A stretch of DNA of 50,002 nucleotides from Promethearchaeota archaeon (GCA_048938445.1 JBHLME010000014.1:1-50002), one strand, 5' to 3'. Positions 18,693-29,624 are shown, counted from the stretch's first letter. The notes: a model not told the origin generated them from the sequence alone. A program made the numbers and translations.

Positions 18693-21665
18693 TTGACAAA
18701 ATTACCAATGAAGCTTACAAATTTTACTATAAAGGATTTATTTACTGATGAGGAGAAATTAACTTTTCTTGTTGGTGCGGGATGTTCTGTTGATGTTCCT
18801 TCCTGTTTACCAGCAGGACGCACTATGATTGAGACGATTATGAATTATACTTGTGTTAAATCTGAACGACATAGAATCCTCCAAATAAAAAACCTTCGAT
18901 TTGAACAAATTGTTGAAATTATTCGAGACACATTAGATAGAAAATTAAAAATAATCGACTATTACGGACAGTGTGACAAACCGAACCTGCAACATTTCTT
19001 CCTAGCTGATAAGATTAAGAAAGGCCATTTTGTAATGACTACAAATTTTGATTTTTTAATCGAATATGCACTAATACGATTAGGTGTTCCTCAAGAAGAG
19101 ATTAGTGTAAACATTACTCAACAAGATTTTGAAACGAATGATAACCCAATTAAATTATTCAAACAAGGAAAAAAAACACTTTATAAAATTCATGGTTCGA
19201 CTAAAAATATAATTACAGAAGAGGATACAAGAGATTCTTTAGTTGCTACAATTCAAGCATTCGGTTCAGGGAAGGAAGGTGAGAACGTATTTCAAGTAGA
19301 ATGGTTTAAGCGTTCTTTGTTCGAGAATATTTCAAAGAATCGTACCCTGGTTGTCATGGGATATTCAGGAAGTGATGATTTTGACATCGTTCCCACGTTA
19401 ATGGTATTAAAACATCTTAAAAATGTTATTTGGATTAATTACACGCAAGATGATTGCGGAATGGAAAAAATTTATGAAATTAATGATCCTACCATTAAAG
19501 AAACTGAAAAGAAAGATAAAATAAATCGAATACTTGAGGATATTTACAGAATGAATAATGCTGAGCATATTTATAGGGTGGATGTGAACACGACGAGATT
19601 AATCGAAGAATTAATTGATTTTAGACCAAATCTAAGTTCAACTTATTTTTCCTTGAGCCCTATAACCTGGCTTAAAAAGAATGTTCCTCTTCCAAGCGAA
19701 ATTGAGGAGTATTATATTCCTTATAAAATATTCAATGATTTTGGCATGTTCGATGATGCAATGAAGTGCTCCAAGATGATCCTTAAAACTGCTGAAAAAA
19801 ATAGCAATAAAAAATGGAAATCTACTGCTTTAAACAACATAGGATTCTTATTATATAGTAAAGGTGAATTAGACGAGGCATTGAAGCTTTACCAGGAAGC
19901 TTTGGCAATTGGGAAGCAATTGGGCGATTTACAGGGGATAGCTTCGAGATTAAATAATATTGGATTAATATTAAAAATTAAAGGAGAATTGGATGAGTCT
20001 CTGAAGCTTTACCAGGAAGCGCTGCTAAATGACAAGCAATTGGGCGATGCGAGGGGGATAGCCACGAGATTATACAACATTGGAAGAATATTATATGAAA
20101 AAGGTGAATTGGATGAGGCAATGAAGCATTACCGGGAAGCACTAGCAATTGAGGAACAATTCGGTTACCTTGGGGAGAAAGCCAGCTCCCTTAATAACAT
20201 CGGATTAATATTAAAAAATAAAGGTGAATTGGATGAGGCATTGAAGTACTATAAAGAAGCACTGGCAATTGGCGAGCAATTAGGCGATATACCGGGGAAA
20301 GCTACGAGATTAAACAATATTGCATTGATATTAGAAGATAAAGGTGAATTGGACGAGGCAATGAAGTTTTACAAGGAGGCGCTGACAATTGACGAGCAAT
20401 TGGGCAACTTACAGGGGAAAGCCACCAGGTTAAACAATATTGGAAAATTATTAGAAATTAAAGGTGAATGGAACGAGGCAATGAATTTTTACAGGGAATC
20501 ACTAGCAATTGACGAGCAATTGGGCGACTTGCAGGGGAAAGCCACCAGGTTAAACAATATTGGATTGATATTAGAGAATAAAGGTGAATTAGATGAGGCG
20601 CTGAAACATTATCAGGAATCGCTGGCAATCGGCGAGCAAATGGGTGACCTGCAGGGAAAAGCAACAAAATTAAGCAATATTGGATCGATTTTAAAGATTA
20701 AGGGTGAATTAGATGAGGCACTGAATCTTTACAGGGAGGCGCTGGCAATTGACGATCAATTGGAAGACCTACTTGGGAAAGCCGCGAGGTTAAACAATAT
20801 TGGATTGATATTAGATGAAAAAAATGAATTGGACGAAGCATTGAAGTATTACCAGGAATCATTGGCAATTACCGAACAATTGGGTTATTTAAGCGGGAAA
20901 ACCATGAATCTTGTAAACATTGGATCATTATTAAGTAGTAAGGGCGAATTGGACGAAGCATTGAAGTATTACAAGGAAGCGTTGGCAATCACAGAACAAT
21001 TGGGGGACTTGAAAGGTAAAGCAACTATTCTTAATAATATCGGATTTTTATTGAAAAAAAAAGATGAATTGAACGAGGCAATGAAGTATTACCAGGAAGC
21101 GTTAGCAATTGATGAGCAATTAGGAGACCTTCGGGGGAAGGTCGCGAGGTTAAACAATATTGGAGGGATCTTAGAAAATTTTGGTAAATTGGATGAATCC
21201 TTGAATTATTACCACAAAGCATTAATAATCGATGAACAATTAGGTGATCAACTAGGAAAAATTTCAAGGTTAAGTTGTATCGGATTTTTACTTAAAAAAA
21301 AAGGTGATTTAAACAATGCCATAAAATATTATCAGGAAGCGTTGGTAATTCATGAACAATTAGGAGATTTAAGAGGAAAGACTAGGAGATTAAATACTAT
21401 TGGATTAATCTTATATGAAAAGGATGAAGTGGACGAAGCAATGAAGTATTTCAGGGAAGCTTTGAAGATTGACGATCAATTAGGGAACTTAAAGGGGAAA
21501 GCTACTAGATTAAACAATATTGGATTTATTTTTCAGAATAAAGGTGAATTGGATGAGGCATTGAAGTACTATAAAGAAGCTCTGATTATCGCAGAGGAAC
21601 TCAATTCTCCAGATGTAAAGACATATAGAAAAAATATTGACTTTGTATTGAATAAAATGAAGTAA
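18693..21665 (+). CDS. SIR2-like (SIR2_2) domain plus TPR array protein
   Basis: FLVGAGCS, TTNFD, KIHGS, MGYSGSD; 40-aa repeats LNNIG...KGELDEALKYY; start may be ATG 18708. Confidence 0.88.
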   Translation: MTKLPMKLTNFTIKDLFTDEEKLTFLVGAGCSVDVPSCLPAGRTMIETIMNYTCVKSERHRILQIKNLRFEQIVEIIRDTLDRKLKIIDYYGQCDKPNLQHFFLADKIKKGHFVMTTNFDFLIEYALIRLGVPQEEISVNITQQDFETNDNPIKLFKQGKKTLYKIHGSTKNIITEEDTRDSLVATIQAFGSGKEGENVFQVEWFKRSLFENISKNRTLVVMGYSGSDDFDIVPTLMVLKHLKNVIWINYTQDDCGMEKIYEINDPTIKETEKKDKINRILEDIYRMNNAEHIYRVDVNTTRLIEELIDFRPNLSSTYFSLSPITWLKKNVPLPSEIEEYYIPYKIFNDFGMFDDAMKCSKMILKTAEKNSNKKWKSTALNNIGFLLYSKGELDEALKLYQEALAIGKQLGDLQGIASRLNNIGLILKIKGELDESLKLYQEALLNDKQLGDARGIATRLYNIGRILYEKGELDEAMKHYREALAIEEQFGYLGEKASSLNNIGLILKNKGELDEALKYYKEALAIGEQLGDIPGKATRLNNIALILEDKGELDEAMKFYKEALTIDEQLGNLQGKATRLNNIGKLLEIKGEWNEAMNFYRESLAIDEQLGDLQGKATRLNNIGLILENKGELDEALKHYQESLAIGEQMGDLQGKATKLSNIGSILKIKGELDEALNLYREALAIDDQLEDLLGKAARLNNIGLILDEKNELDEALKYYQESLAITEQLGYLSGKTMNLVNIGSLLSSKGELDEALKYYKEALAITEQLGDLKGKATILNNIGFLLKKKDELNEAMKYYQEALAIDEQLGDLRGKVARLNNIGGILENFGKLDESLNYYHKALIIDEQLGDQLGKISRLSCIGFLLKKKGDLNNAIKYYQEALVIHEQLGDLRGKTRRLNTIGLILYEKDEVDEAMKYFREALKIDDQLGNLKGKATRLNNIGFIFQNKGELDEALKYYKEALIIAEELNSPDVKTYRKNIDFVLNKMK
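19820..21600 (+). repeat. 15 tandem 120-bp coding repeats (TPR)
   Basis: aaggtgaatt-like word recurs every 120 bp from 19861 to 21541. Confidence 0.9.
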
Positions 21666-21838
21666 TAGTGATAAAATTAAAAGTAGAATCTCCCTTTAGG
21701 TCAATACTATCTTTATAAGATATAAGATTTTCAATTTAATTTGACTCACCATTACAGGATTTTGTTACTTCTATAATTTATACTTCATCTGGCTTTAATC
21801 TATAATTTTCGGTAATTTTTTCTCTAATCTAGTAATAT

Positions 21839-21994
21839 TCAGATTTCATAAAAAAGCGATATATTGATTGATTCGGAATCTTGTGATTGAACTACATGAA
21901 TAATATCAATATCAGGATTTTTTTTTAACCAATCATTCACGACATCATCTTTATTGAAAGAGCGGACAGATAATTTAAATGATATGTATTTCAT
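21839..21994 (-). CDS. 51-aa small protein missing from the ORF track (MKYISFKLSVRSFNKDDVVNDWLKKNPDIDIIHVVQSQDSESINISLFYEI)
   Basis: Hand translation; AGGTGA RBS upstream; beta-alpha-beta-beta pattern. Confidence 0.6.
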   Translation of the reverse strand: MKYISFKLSVRSFNKDDVVNDWLKKNPDIDIIHVVQSQDSESINISLFYEI

Positions 21995-22105
21995 TCCATT
22001 CACCTTTTTTTATTTTTTTCTAGGTTTATTTTTTATATGAAGAAATATAATTAAAATCTATTAATTAAATTTTAATATTAATTAAAAGTCAAAAATGTGT
22101 GAACT

Positions 22106-22789
22106 ATGAAAAAAATAGGACATTTAATAATTGGTTTCATAATTGGAGCGGCATTAGCTAGTAGTGTTTTCATTATACTTCCTTTATTTTACCCAAATGT
22201 TTGCGCTACAAGATATTGTCATACTATCATTATTGATGGGGTGAATGATTTCAATAATAACGAACATTTTACGACTAGCTCAACTGGTTATGACGGGTAT
22301 ATCGCTTGGGATTGTTATTATATATATTTTGGATTGCATGGGCCTGATTTTGCAGCGACTGATGCTAATAAATGGGTTCTGATTTATATTGGAAATGGTG
22401 GTTCGGGTACAACAGCTGGTCAACTATATGGTACTCAAGGTCCAACACTTCCATTTTATGCTACTCATTACATACGATGGCGTCTGGATGATTTTGAGTT
22501 CAAAGCATTTGAATGGACAGGTTCATGGACAGATGCATCTTGGGATGTTTCTGGTGATGCTTATCGGAACTCAACCCTAGAATTCTTTGAAATGAGAGTT
22601 CCTATTGTAGATTTAGGATCTCCTTCAAATGTATTAGCACATGTGAGCATGATTGATGAATTTGGTAATTGGACTTATTCTGGAGTTCCTTCCACATCAT
22701 TTACCGACGGAAATGACCCTGATTATACGAAATTTTTTCTATTTGATTTAGATGGTACTAGCGCTCCAGCAAATTATATTCCAATATAA
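22106..22789 (+). CDS. Membrane-anchored DOMON/CBM9-like extracellular domain protein
   Basis: N-terminal TM; IIIDG..DF, YIAWD..YIYFG, EMRVPIVDLG pattern. Confidence 0.55.
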   Translation: MKKIGHLIIGFIIGAALASSVFIILPLFYPNVCATRYCHTIIIDGVNDFNNNEHFTTSSTGYDGYIAWDCYYIYFGLHGPDFAATDANKWVLIYIGNGGSGTTAGQLYGTQGPTLPFYATHYIRWRLDDFEFKAFEWTGSWTDASWDVSGDAYRNSTLEFFEMRVPIVDLGSPSNVLAHVSMIDEFGNWTYSGVPSTSFTDGNDPDYTKFFLFDLDGTSAPANYIPI

Positions 22790-23075
22790 TTTTTTTTTTC
22801 TTTTTTAGTGAAGCTTACAAAGTAATAATATCTCTTATAAATTTCATCTATTTTTAATTGTTGCTCAAGCAAAATGATTATGAATGATCGTGAAACAAGT
22901 CTTTCGCGTAATTAAATATATATCTTGATATCATATGCATATGTCTTTAAGTAATACCACTTTAATCAAGATTATTTTAAAATTTTGAAAATCTTTGACT
23001 TATAATTTATAGAAATCCTTTTTTTTTTAAAGTGTGCATTATTTTATAAAAATTTAAAGGAGAAAAATATATAAA

Positions 23076-24440
23076 ATGAAGAAGATTTCCAAAGAAGAGC
23101 TTTTAAAAAAATCAGAGATTCCATCCAAAAATGCGTTGAAAATGCATCCATTTTATAGAGGGAAAATTCAAATTCTGCCTCGTTGCACCATTTATAATTA
23201 TGAGGACTTTAGTATTTGGTATTCTCCTGGTGTAGCAGCTCCCTGTAAAGAAATTTTTAAGAATAAAGAAAAAGTATACGATTATACTAGCAAGTGGAAT
23301 TATGTGGCTGTAGTTTCAGATGGCACGAGAGTATTAGGATTAGGTAATATAGGCCCCGAAGCATCTCTACCAGTAATGGAAGGGAAGGCATTACTATATA
23401 AATATTTGGGGGGTGTTGATGCGTTTCCTTTGAGTATTGGCCCCAATTTATCCGCCGAAAAGATAATAGAGTTTGTAAAGTTAATACAACCTACTTTTGG
23501 AGGGATTAATTTAGAAGATATTGAATCCCCAAAATGTTTTACCGTGTTAGATACACTACGATCAGATCCAGAAGTTTCTATTCCAGTATGGCATGATGAT
23601 CAGCAAGGAACGGCATGCGTAACATTAGCGGGATTAATAAATTCTCTAAGAATTGTTAATAAGAAAAAACAGGATGTAAAAATTGTATTTAATGGAATAG
23701 GAGCTTCAAACCGAGCAATAAGCCGCTTGTTAAAAGAGGATGGTTTTAATATTAAAAAATCAATATTTATAGATTCTAAAGGAATTCTATATTCAGAACG
23801 CCCTGATCTTCAAGACCCTTCTGATTATAAACAAGAAATTGCTCGATTAAGTAATCCTGAAGGCTTGCAAGGAGATTGTGGAGTAGCCTTAGAAGGAGCA
23901 GATATCCTCATTTCATTAAGCACTCCTGGTCCTGATGTAATTAAAAAAGAATGGATTTCAAAGATGGCTGACGATGCAATAGTCTTTGCTTGTGCAAATC
24001 CTATCCCAGAGATTTTTCCATGGGATGCTAGAGAAGCAGGAGCAAGAGTTGTTGCTACGGGTAGGTCTGATTTTCCAAACCAAGTAAATAATTCTCTTTG
24101 CTTTCCCGGTATATTTCGAGGCACTTTAGATGTGAGAGCGAGAACGATAACGGATGAGATGTGCATAGCGGCGGCATATGAATTAGCAAATTCTGTAAAT
24201 GATATAAAGGGATGTTTGACTGAAGATTGTATTTTACCAACAATGGAGTATGAAAATTTGTTTATTAAAGAGGCCGTGGCAGTTGGATTAAAAGCTATTG
24301 AACAAAATTTAGCTCGAATTAAATTTTCAGAGGATGAGTTATTTGCTGAAGCTAAGAAACATATTGAAAATGCAAAAGCAAAAACAAACATTTTGATGAA
24401 AAAAGGATTTATTCCTCCTTTTAGAGATTATTTAAAATAA
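23076..24440 (+). CDS. NAD(P)-dependent malic enzyme
   Basis: YSPGVA, DGTRVLGLG, VMEGKA, INLEDI, HDDQQGTA, TGRSDFPNQVNN. Confidence 0.95.
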   Translation: MKKISKEELLKKSEIPSKNALKMHPFYRGKIQILPRCTIYNYEDFSIWYSPGVAAPCKEIFKNKEKVYDYTSKWNYVAVVSDGTRVLGLGNIGPEASLPVMEGKALLYKYLGGVDAFPLSIGPNLSAEKIIEFVKLIQPTFGGINLEDIESPKCFTVLDTLRSDPEVSIPVWHDDQQGTACVTLAGLINSLRIVNKKKQDVKIVFNGIGASNRAISRLLKEDGFNIKKSIFIDSKGILYSERPDLQDPSDYKQEIARLSNPEGLQGDCGVALEGADILISLSTPGPDVIKKEWISKMADDAIVFACANPIPEIFPWDAREAGARVVATGRSDFPNQVNNSLCFPGIFRGTLDVRARTITDEMCIAAAYELANSVNDIKGCLTEDCILPTMEYENLFIKEAVAVGLKAIEQNLARIKFSEDELFAEAKKHIENAKAKTNILMKKGFIPPFRDYLK

Positions 24441-24499
24441 TTTTATTATTATATCAAACTTTTCAAATAAATAAATAAAAATAAGAAGAGCGATTTGAA

Positions 24500-25186
24500 T
24501 TAATTTATCTGTTCTCGACAATTTGGACAATATTTGAAAGGTTTACTAAATTTTGTTTTACAAGTTTCACAATATTTAATTTTGTTCATTTCTGCTTGTT
24601 TTTTTACCACTCCCATATAAACAGGTACAGGTTGCTCGAATTTATATTTTCTACTCGATGGTCTTTCTCTCATTGCTAATAGAGTTATTAGATTTGCCAC
24701 GAATGCACTTATGGTAGTTGGTAATATTAATCCCAATAAATATAGACCGTTAAAGAATGTGAATATATATTCTGTTGGTGAAGCAGTCTGTCCTTGTTCT
24801 ACAGTAATCCAATAAACACCTTCACCTAGTCCAAAAACTTGAATATAATGATCTCCGGATCTATATGGAGAATAAATAATATTTTTATTAATAGCACTAG
24901 TAGTAGTAGTAATCTCATAGCCAGAAATCATATAGGGATCGTCTCCTATTCTAATTTCAACATAATTTTTGGTGAAAGGGATGTATTGAAATTTGATGGT
25001 GTAAACAGTTCCTGTTGATAAGCTAATTACATGGTTTCTTGGAAGATATTCCTCTTTTCTTTCCCAATAGAACGTTGTATTATCAACATATAATCTAGTA
25101 GAAGTAGTATAAGGAATTATTGCTGTAACTATTAAAGGAACAAAAGAAAGTGCAGTTAATATTAAACATAATGCATATTTCTTCAT
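24500..25186 (-). CDS. Membrane protein with extracellular beta domain and C-terminal zinc ribbon (copy 1)
   Basis: N-terminal hydrophobic segment, second TM, CxxC...CxxC; paralog of 25390-26073. Confidence 0.75.
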   Translation of the reverse strand: MKKYALCLILTALSFVPLIVTAIIPYTTSTRLYVDNTTFYWERKEEYLPRNHVISLSTGTVYTIKFQYIPFTKNYVEIRIGDDPYMISGYEITTTTSAINKNIIYSPYRSGDHYIQVFGLGEGVYWITVEQGQTASPTEYIFTFFNGLYLLGLILPTTISAFVANLITLLAMRERPSSRKYKFEQPVPVYMGVVKKQAEMNKIKYCETCKTKFSKPFKYCPNCREQIN

Positions 25187-25389
25187 TTTTTTTAGATTTT
25201 GTCTTTTTTCAATGAATTAATTAAAATTATTATTTAAAATTATAGAAACATAGAATTTAAAGTAATATATAAGATATCACCTAAATTATTCAAAAAAAAG
25301 GAATATATTAATGTTAGAAGATATCACTCTATATAATTTATTTAATAAGATTATAACAAGAAATTTTATCCAAAAAAAAAAGAATTAAA

Positions 25390-26073
25390 TTAAAGTCTTT
25401 GCATGCCACAATTAGGACAATATTTGAAAGATATTCCAAATTTTGTTCCGCAATTTTGACAGGGTTTTAAATTTTTTATTTCCGCTTGTTTTGCAGGCCC
25501 TCCCATATAAACAGGTATTGGTTGCTCGAATTTATATTTTCTACTCGATGGCCTTTCTCTCATTGCCAATAGAGTAATAAAATTTGCCACGAATGCCACA
25601 ATAAGAGTTGGTAATATAAATCCCAACAAATATATTCCATTAAAAAAAGGAATTGTAACTCCATTTGGTGAGGCTGTTTGTCCATATTCTACGATAATAC
25701 CGTAACCTCCTTTACCGGGCCCAAAAACTTGAATATAATGATCTCCTGATCTATGTGGAAAATAAACAATTGTTTTATTCATTAAATCAGTATTAATGAA
25801 CTCTTGTCCAGTAATCATATAGGGAGTATCTCCTATCCTAATTCCTATGTGTTCAATCGATGAAGGTATCATAACATATTTGATGGTATAATAATTTCCT
25901 GCTGTTAAACTAACTACATAGTTTTGTGGAACATATTCTATTTTATATCCAATAGAGCCTATTGGAGCATTAACATGCAATCTTGTACTTGCAATATGAG
26001 GATAAATTGCTGTAAATAATAAAGGAGCAAATGAAAGAGCAGTTACTATTAAACACGCTATATACTTCTTCAT
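25390..26073 (-). CDS. Membrane protein with extracellular beta domain and C-terminal zinc ribbon (copy 2)
   Basis: Shares RSGDHYIQVFG, LLAMRERPSSRKYKFEQP, FKYCPNC with copy 1. Confidence 0.75.
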   Translation of the reverse strand: MKKYIACLIVTALSFAPLLFTAIYPHIASTRLHVNAPIGSIGYKIEYVPQNYVVSLTAGNYYTIKYVMIPSSIEHIGIRIGDTPYMITGQEFINTDLMNKTIVYFPHRSGDHYIQVFGPGKGGYGIIVEYGQTASPNGVTIPFFNGIYLLGFILPTLIVAFVANFITLLAMRERPSSRKYKFEQPIPVYMGGPAKQAEIKNLKPCQNCGTKFGISFKYCPNCGMQRL

Positions 26074-26325
26074 TTTTTTCAGATTTTGTCTTTTTTTTAG
26101 TATTATAAAATATTTTTTTTAATATTTATGATAATAGAAACATATAATTTAAAGCAATATGTAAGATTCCCCCGAGAATAGTGGATAGCTAGTTTAAATC
26201 ATGTTTCATATTTTTAAAATAATCATAATAATATTTAGTGAACTTTAGACATTTTTGTCAATAAGTTTAAATGAAATTCTATCCTATTTAGGTAATGTTA
26301 TAAAATAATTTTAGAATGAGAGAAA

Positions 26326-27135
26326 ATGAGTTTCAAAAAAAATTTAGAAGAATGGGAAACTGTTAAAGAATTAATTTTTTATGATGCAGAAGTTCTATCG
26401 GTGCTTTGGGAAACAAAACCAGAAATAGTTGAGCGCCTTCTTCCCCCGCCATTAAAACCTGTTAGTAAACCTATTGTTAGTGCATTTGTAGCTAATTATC
26501 CTAAGACCAATTTTGGTGTGAGTTATTTAGAGTCTGCAATCTCTTTAAATGCAGAATTTGATGGCGAGGAAGGTAATTATTATCTTGCGATGCATGTGAC
26601 GAATGATATGGCGCTCGTTGGCGGTCGAGAAAAGTATGGTTATCCAAAAAAAATGGGAAATATCTACATTAGTCGAGAAAAGCGAAATGCTGAAGGATGG
26701 GCTGAGCGTTATGGAACGAGACTTCTTGATATTAAAACTAAGTTAAATAATAGATTAAACGCAGCAGATGCTATGGAAATATTTGAAGGAAATATGGGCC
26801 CTGAACTATTAATGATTGGATATAATTATAAACATTTTCCTAGTCCAACTGGAGATGGTTATGACTATAATCCTCGCTTAATCCGTACAGAAGTAGGAAT
26901 TAAACCTAACCAATTTAAACTCGGGCAGGCAGAGATAAAATTAGGAGCTACTGAAAGTGACCCTTGGAGTGAAATTGAAATTGTTAGAGTATTAGGAGCG
27001 TACTTTTTAAAAGGTAATGTTTATTTACGTCAAGGAAGTGTAGTAGCAGAAGTAGGCCGAGAAGAATTTGAACCATATTCATTTATAAAATGGGATATAG
27101 ATTTTCTAAGTAAGATTAGTGCAATTCTAGTATAA
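26326..27135 (+). CDS. Acetoacetate decarboxylase family protein
   Basis: LLPPPL, SYLES, GREKYGYPKK Schiff-base Lys motif. Confidence 0.85.
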   Translation: MSFKKNLEEWETVKELIFYDAEVLSVLWETKPEIVERLLPPPLKPVSKPIVSAFVANYPKTNFGVSYLESAISLNAEFDGEEGNYYLAMHVTNDMALVGGREKYGYPKKMGNIYISREKRNAEGWAERYGTRLLDIKTKLNNRLNAADAMEIFEGNMGPELLMIGYNYKHFPSPTGDGYDYNPRLIRTEVGIKPNQFKLGQAEIKLGATESDPWSEIEIVRVLGAYFLKGNVYLRQGSVVAEVGREEFEPYSFIKWDIDFLSKISAILV

Positions 27136-27201
27136 AAAGACGTCATTTCAGTTAAAAGTGAACCGGATTTTCCTCAAGAGAATCTGTATGATAATTCAAT
27201 T

Positions 27202-28122
27202 TCATTTATAATTGATAATTAACACTCCTGCAAGTACAATTGAACCCCCTAAGAGATTCCACAAGTTAAGAACTTCTTCTCTTTGTAGCATGATTGAAAA
27301 AAGAAGAGTTAAAAAAGGTTCTATATACAAAAATGAGGATACTTTTGAGGATTTCATTTTTTTTTGAGTCGAATTCCATATATAATATCCAAAAATATAA
27401 CAACCTACACCTAAAAAAACCGCACTTAAGAATACATAAATATTCAAAAGATTCCATGCAAAATCTAAGAAATCCCCGCTAACAATAACAAATAACATTA
27501 GTTCAATCATCCCAAAATATGAGATATACTCCAACATTTTAATATTTGATTTAGATTTAACTATTTTCTTCGTTATTGTTGAATAGAATGCCCATAAAAA
27601 TGGTGTCAATAATGCTAGGATATAACCTATAAAATAGGGTGATTGAGGTGTCAAATTCCGTATATCTCCACCCGTTACTAATAAAAATCCTCCAATGGTA
27701 GCGATGCTAAAACCAAGAATCTTAAATTTATCTAATTTTTCTTCAAAGAAGATGAGAGCTAAAATCGTAATGATGATCGGACATAATAAACATACGAATA
27801 ATGCGGGAAGGGTTGGTCCTATTAATTCAATTGCAGTATATTGAGCAAAGAAAAAAAAAGAACAGCCCGAAAAACTCGCTAAAATAATGAGGAGCCATTC
27901 ATTTTTAGAAAATTTATTAGTTTCTTCTTTACTAATAGGTTGATTTTTATTTTTTTTAAAGAAAAAATATAAATCCATTATTATAAACGCAATTGAGGCA
28001 ATTACAAATCTATAAAGCGCAAGTGATAAAGGTGATGTATAAACTACAGCAATATCAACTAATACAAACGAAAAACTCCAAATAATTACCATTATCGTTA
28101 ATTTAATATATTCGATAATCAA
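27202..28122 (-). CDS. DMT/EamA family transporter
   Basis: IIWSFSF, YRF, FFEEK, about 10 TM in two repeats. Confidence 0.88.
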   Translation of the reverse strand: MIIEYIKLTIMVIIWSFSFVLVDIAVVYTSPLSLALYRFVIASIAFIIMDLYFFFKKNKNQPISKEETNKFSKNEWLLIILASFSGCSFFFFAQYTAIELIGPTLPALFVCLLCPIIITILALIFFEEKLDKFKILGFSIATIGGFLLVTGGDIRNLTPQSPYFIGYILALLTPFLWAFYSTITKKIVKSKSNIKMLEYISYFGMIELMLFVIVSGDFLDFAWNLLNIYVFLSAVFLGVGCYIFGYYIWNSTQKKMKSSKVSSFLYIEPFLTLLFSIMLQREEVLNLWNLLGGSIVLAGVLIINYK

Positions 28123-28240
28123 ATTATTGCTATGAAATTGTTTTATTATTATGAAATCAATTTTTAATCAATATTTTATAGTAAAAAGCTTTATTATTAT
28201 TAAACTAACTTATTTAATCATCATTTTTTATTGGTAACCC

Positions 28241-28855
28241 TTGAAGAAAATTGTTTTTAGTCTACACATCGGGCTGATAGGTTCAAATGAATCGGGGAGA
28301 AATGTATTTTTGGATTTTTTAAGAAAAGAATCAATTCCAGTTAATGATTTAAATAATGATAAAGAACAGAACCATTTCTTACAGTTTATTTTAGTATATA
28401 AAGATATACCTATTAAAATTAAAGTGTTTCAAGCCAATGACCTAACTACTATTATTGATAATTATAAACAGATAAAAAATATTGATGTATTAATCTTGGC
28501 CTTGAATTTATACCATTTAAATTCAAAAAATGAATATTGTAAGGATGATCTTGAAAAATTTATAAAAACTTATGCATTTAAAGGAGTTTCGGGTCTAATT
28601 GGATTTGACATGGAAAGAATCTTAAAAGGAAATATCTCAAAAAATTTTCGGATAAGTAGATATAATCTAATTGAAAAAGTTAAAGAATTAGATTTAATGT
28701 ATTGTTTTGAGATAAAGAATGAATTTAAAGACATGATAGAATTATACCAGACGCTCTTGAATGATTATATCTTTAAATTAAAAATTTCCAATCCAGAATT
28801 AATTGAAAAGGCAAAATCTTATGGGAAAGAATTGGTCAAGTTAAAATCTAATTAA
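28241..28855 (+). CDS. Hypothetical protein, probable degenerate small-GTPase fold
   Basis: HIGLIGSNESGRN resembles a P-loop; IKIKVF strand, DVLILAL, YCFEI spacing fits Ras-like topology. Confidence 0.45.
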   Translation: MKKIVFSLHIGLIGSNESGRNVFLDFLRKESIPVNDLNNDKEQNHFLQFILVYKDIPIKIKVFQANDLTTIIDNYKQIKNIDVLILALNLYHLNSKNEYCKDDLEKFIKTYAFKGVSGLIGFDMERILKGNISKNFRISRYNLIEKVKELDLMYCFEIKNEFKDMIELYQTLLNDYIFKLKISNPELIEKAKSYGKELVKLKSN

Positions 28856-28880
28856 AAAATAAAAAATAAAAGAAATTAAA

Positions 28881-29549
28881 TTAAATCAAATTAAAAGGCA
28901 TAAAGATTAATACGGCTCCAAGACCTATTGTATAAATTATTCCTACTACTATTATCTTACTTTTAATTTGAGGTAGATCATGTACGAATAGTGCAGCGAC
29001 AAAAAAATGAAAGTACCCGAAGAAAAATATAAGAATAACACCCCAAGGTGTTGCATTCCACCAGGGATATTCCCAAACAAGTGCTCCCGATATATTTAAT
29101 AGAATTTCCACGAAAACACAAAATATAGAAAATGCTATGGCAAAAAACCACCTATTCGGGATTTTTAAAATCTTATCTTCTTTATGTTCTAATAGTGCCT
29201 TTGCATATATTATACCTGCAATGGAAAACATAAAGGCTATCTCAAGGTTCCATCCAATCATTATAATGAATGAACTATGTCCGGGTGTTGTCCAAAAAGC
29301 AGAATAATTCGTAAATGTAAATACTAGAGCATTCCAAGTTTCATTAATCAGATCCATTCCAAATACAGTTAATCCAGAGAAAACTACATTCCAATTTTTT
29401 GTTTCTCTAGCTTTTTTAATTTCAACAACATATATGTATATGATTATTGCTAATATGGGTATTATATACCATTCATAATTTCCTAAAACTCTACGATTAC
29501 TCAGAGCTTCAAGAGATGCAGCTGTGGGTGGCATTTTAACACACCTCAT
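28881..29549 (-). CDS. Hypothetical multi-pass membrane protein
   Basis: About six TM segments, Trp-rich; likely start at ATG 29534. Confidence 0.7.
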   Translation of the reverse strand: MRCVKMPPTAASLEALSNRRVLGNYEWYIIPILAIIIYIYVVEIKKARETKNWNVVFSGLTVFGMDLINETWNALVFTFTNYSAFWTTPGHSSFIIMIGWNLEIAFMFSIAGIIYAKALLEHKEDKILKIPNRWFFAIAFSIFCVFVEILLNISGALVWEYPWWNATPWGVILIFFFGYFHFFVAALFVHDLPQIKSKIIVVGIIYTIGLGAVLIFMPFNLI

Positions 29550-29624
29550 TTAAATTGTATAATATTTTTTATAATAAGAAAAAAATTAAAAAAAAGTAAG
29601 AAAGACTAACATTTAAAATTATTA

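Noticed and set aside
19820-21600. CRISPR array or DGR template/variable repeats
   Set aside because: Repeats are in-frame TPR units without spacers; no reverse transcriptase and no adenine-only variation
23825-24391. 188-aa antisense ORF and the other short ORFs overlapping recognised genes
   Set aside because: Shadow frames of well-supported CDS with no protein-like motifs
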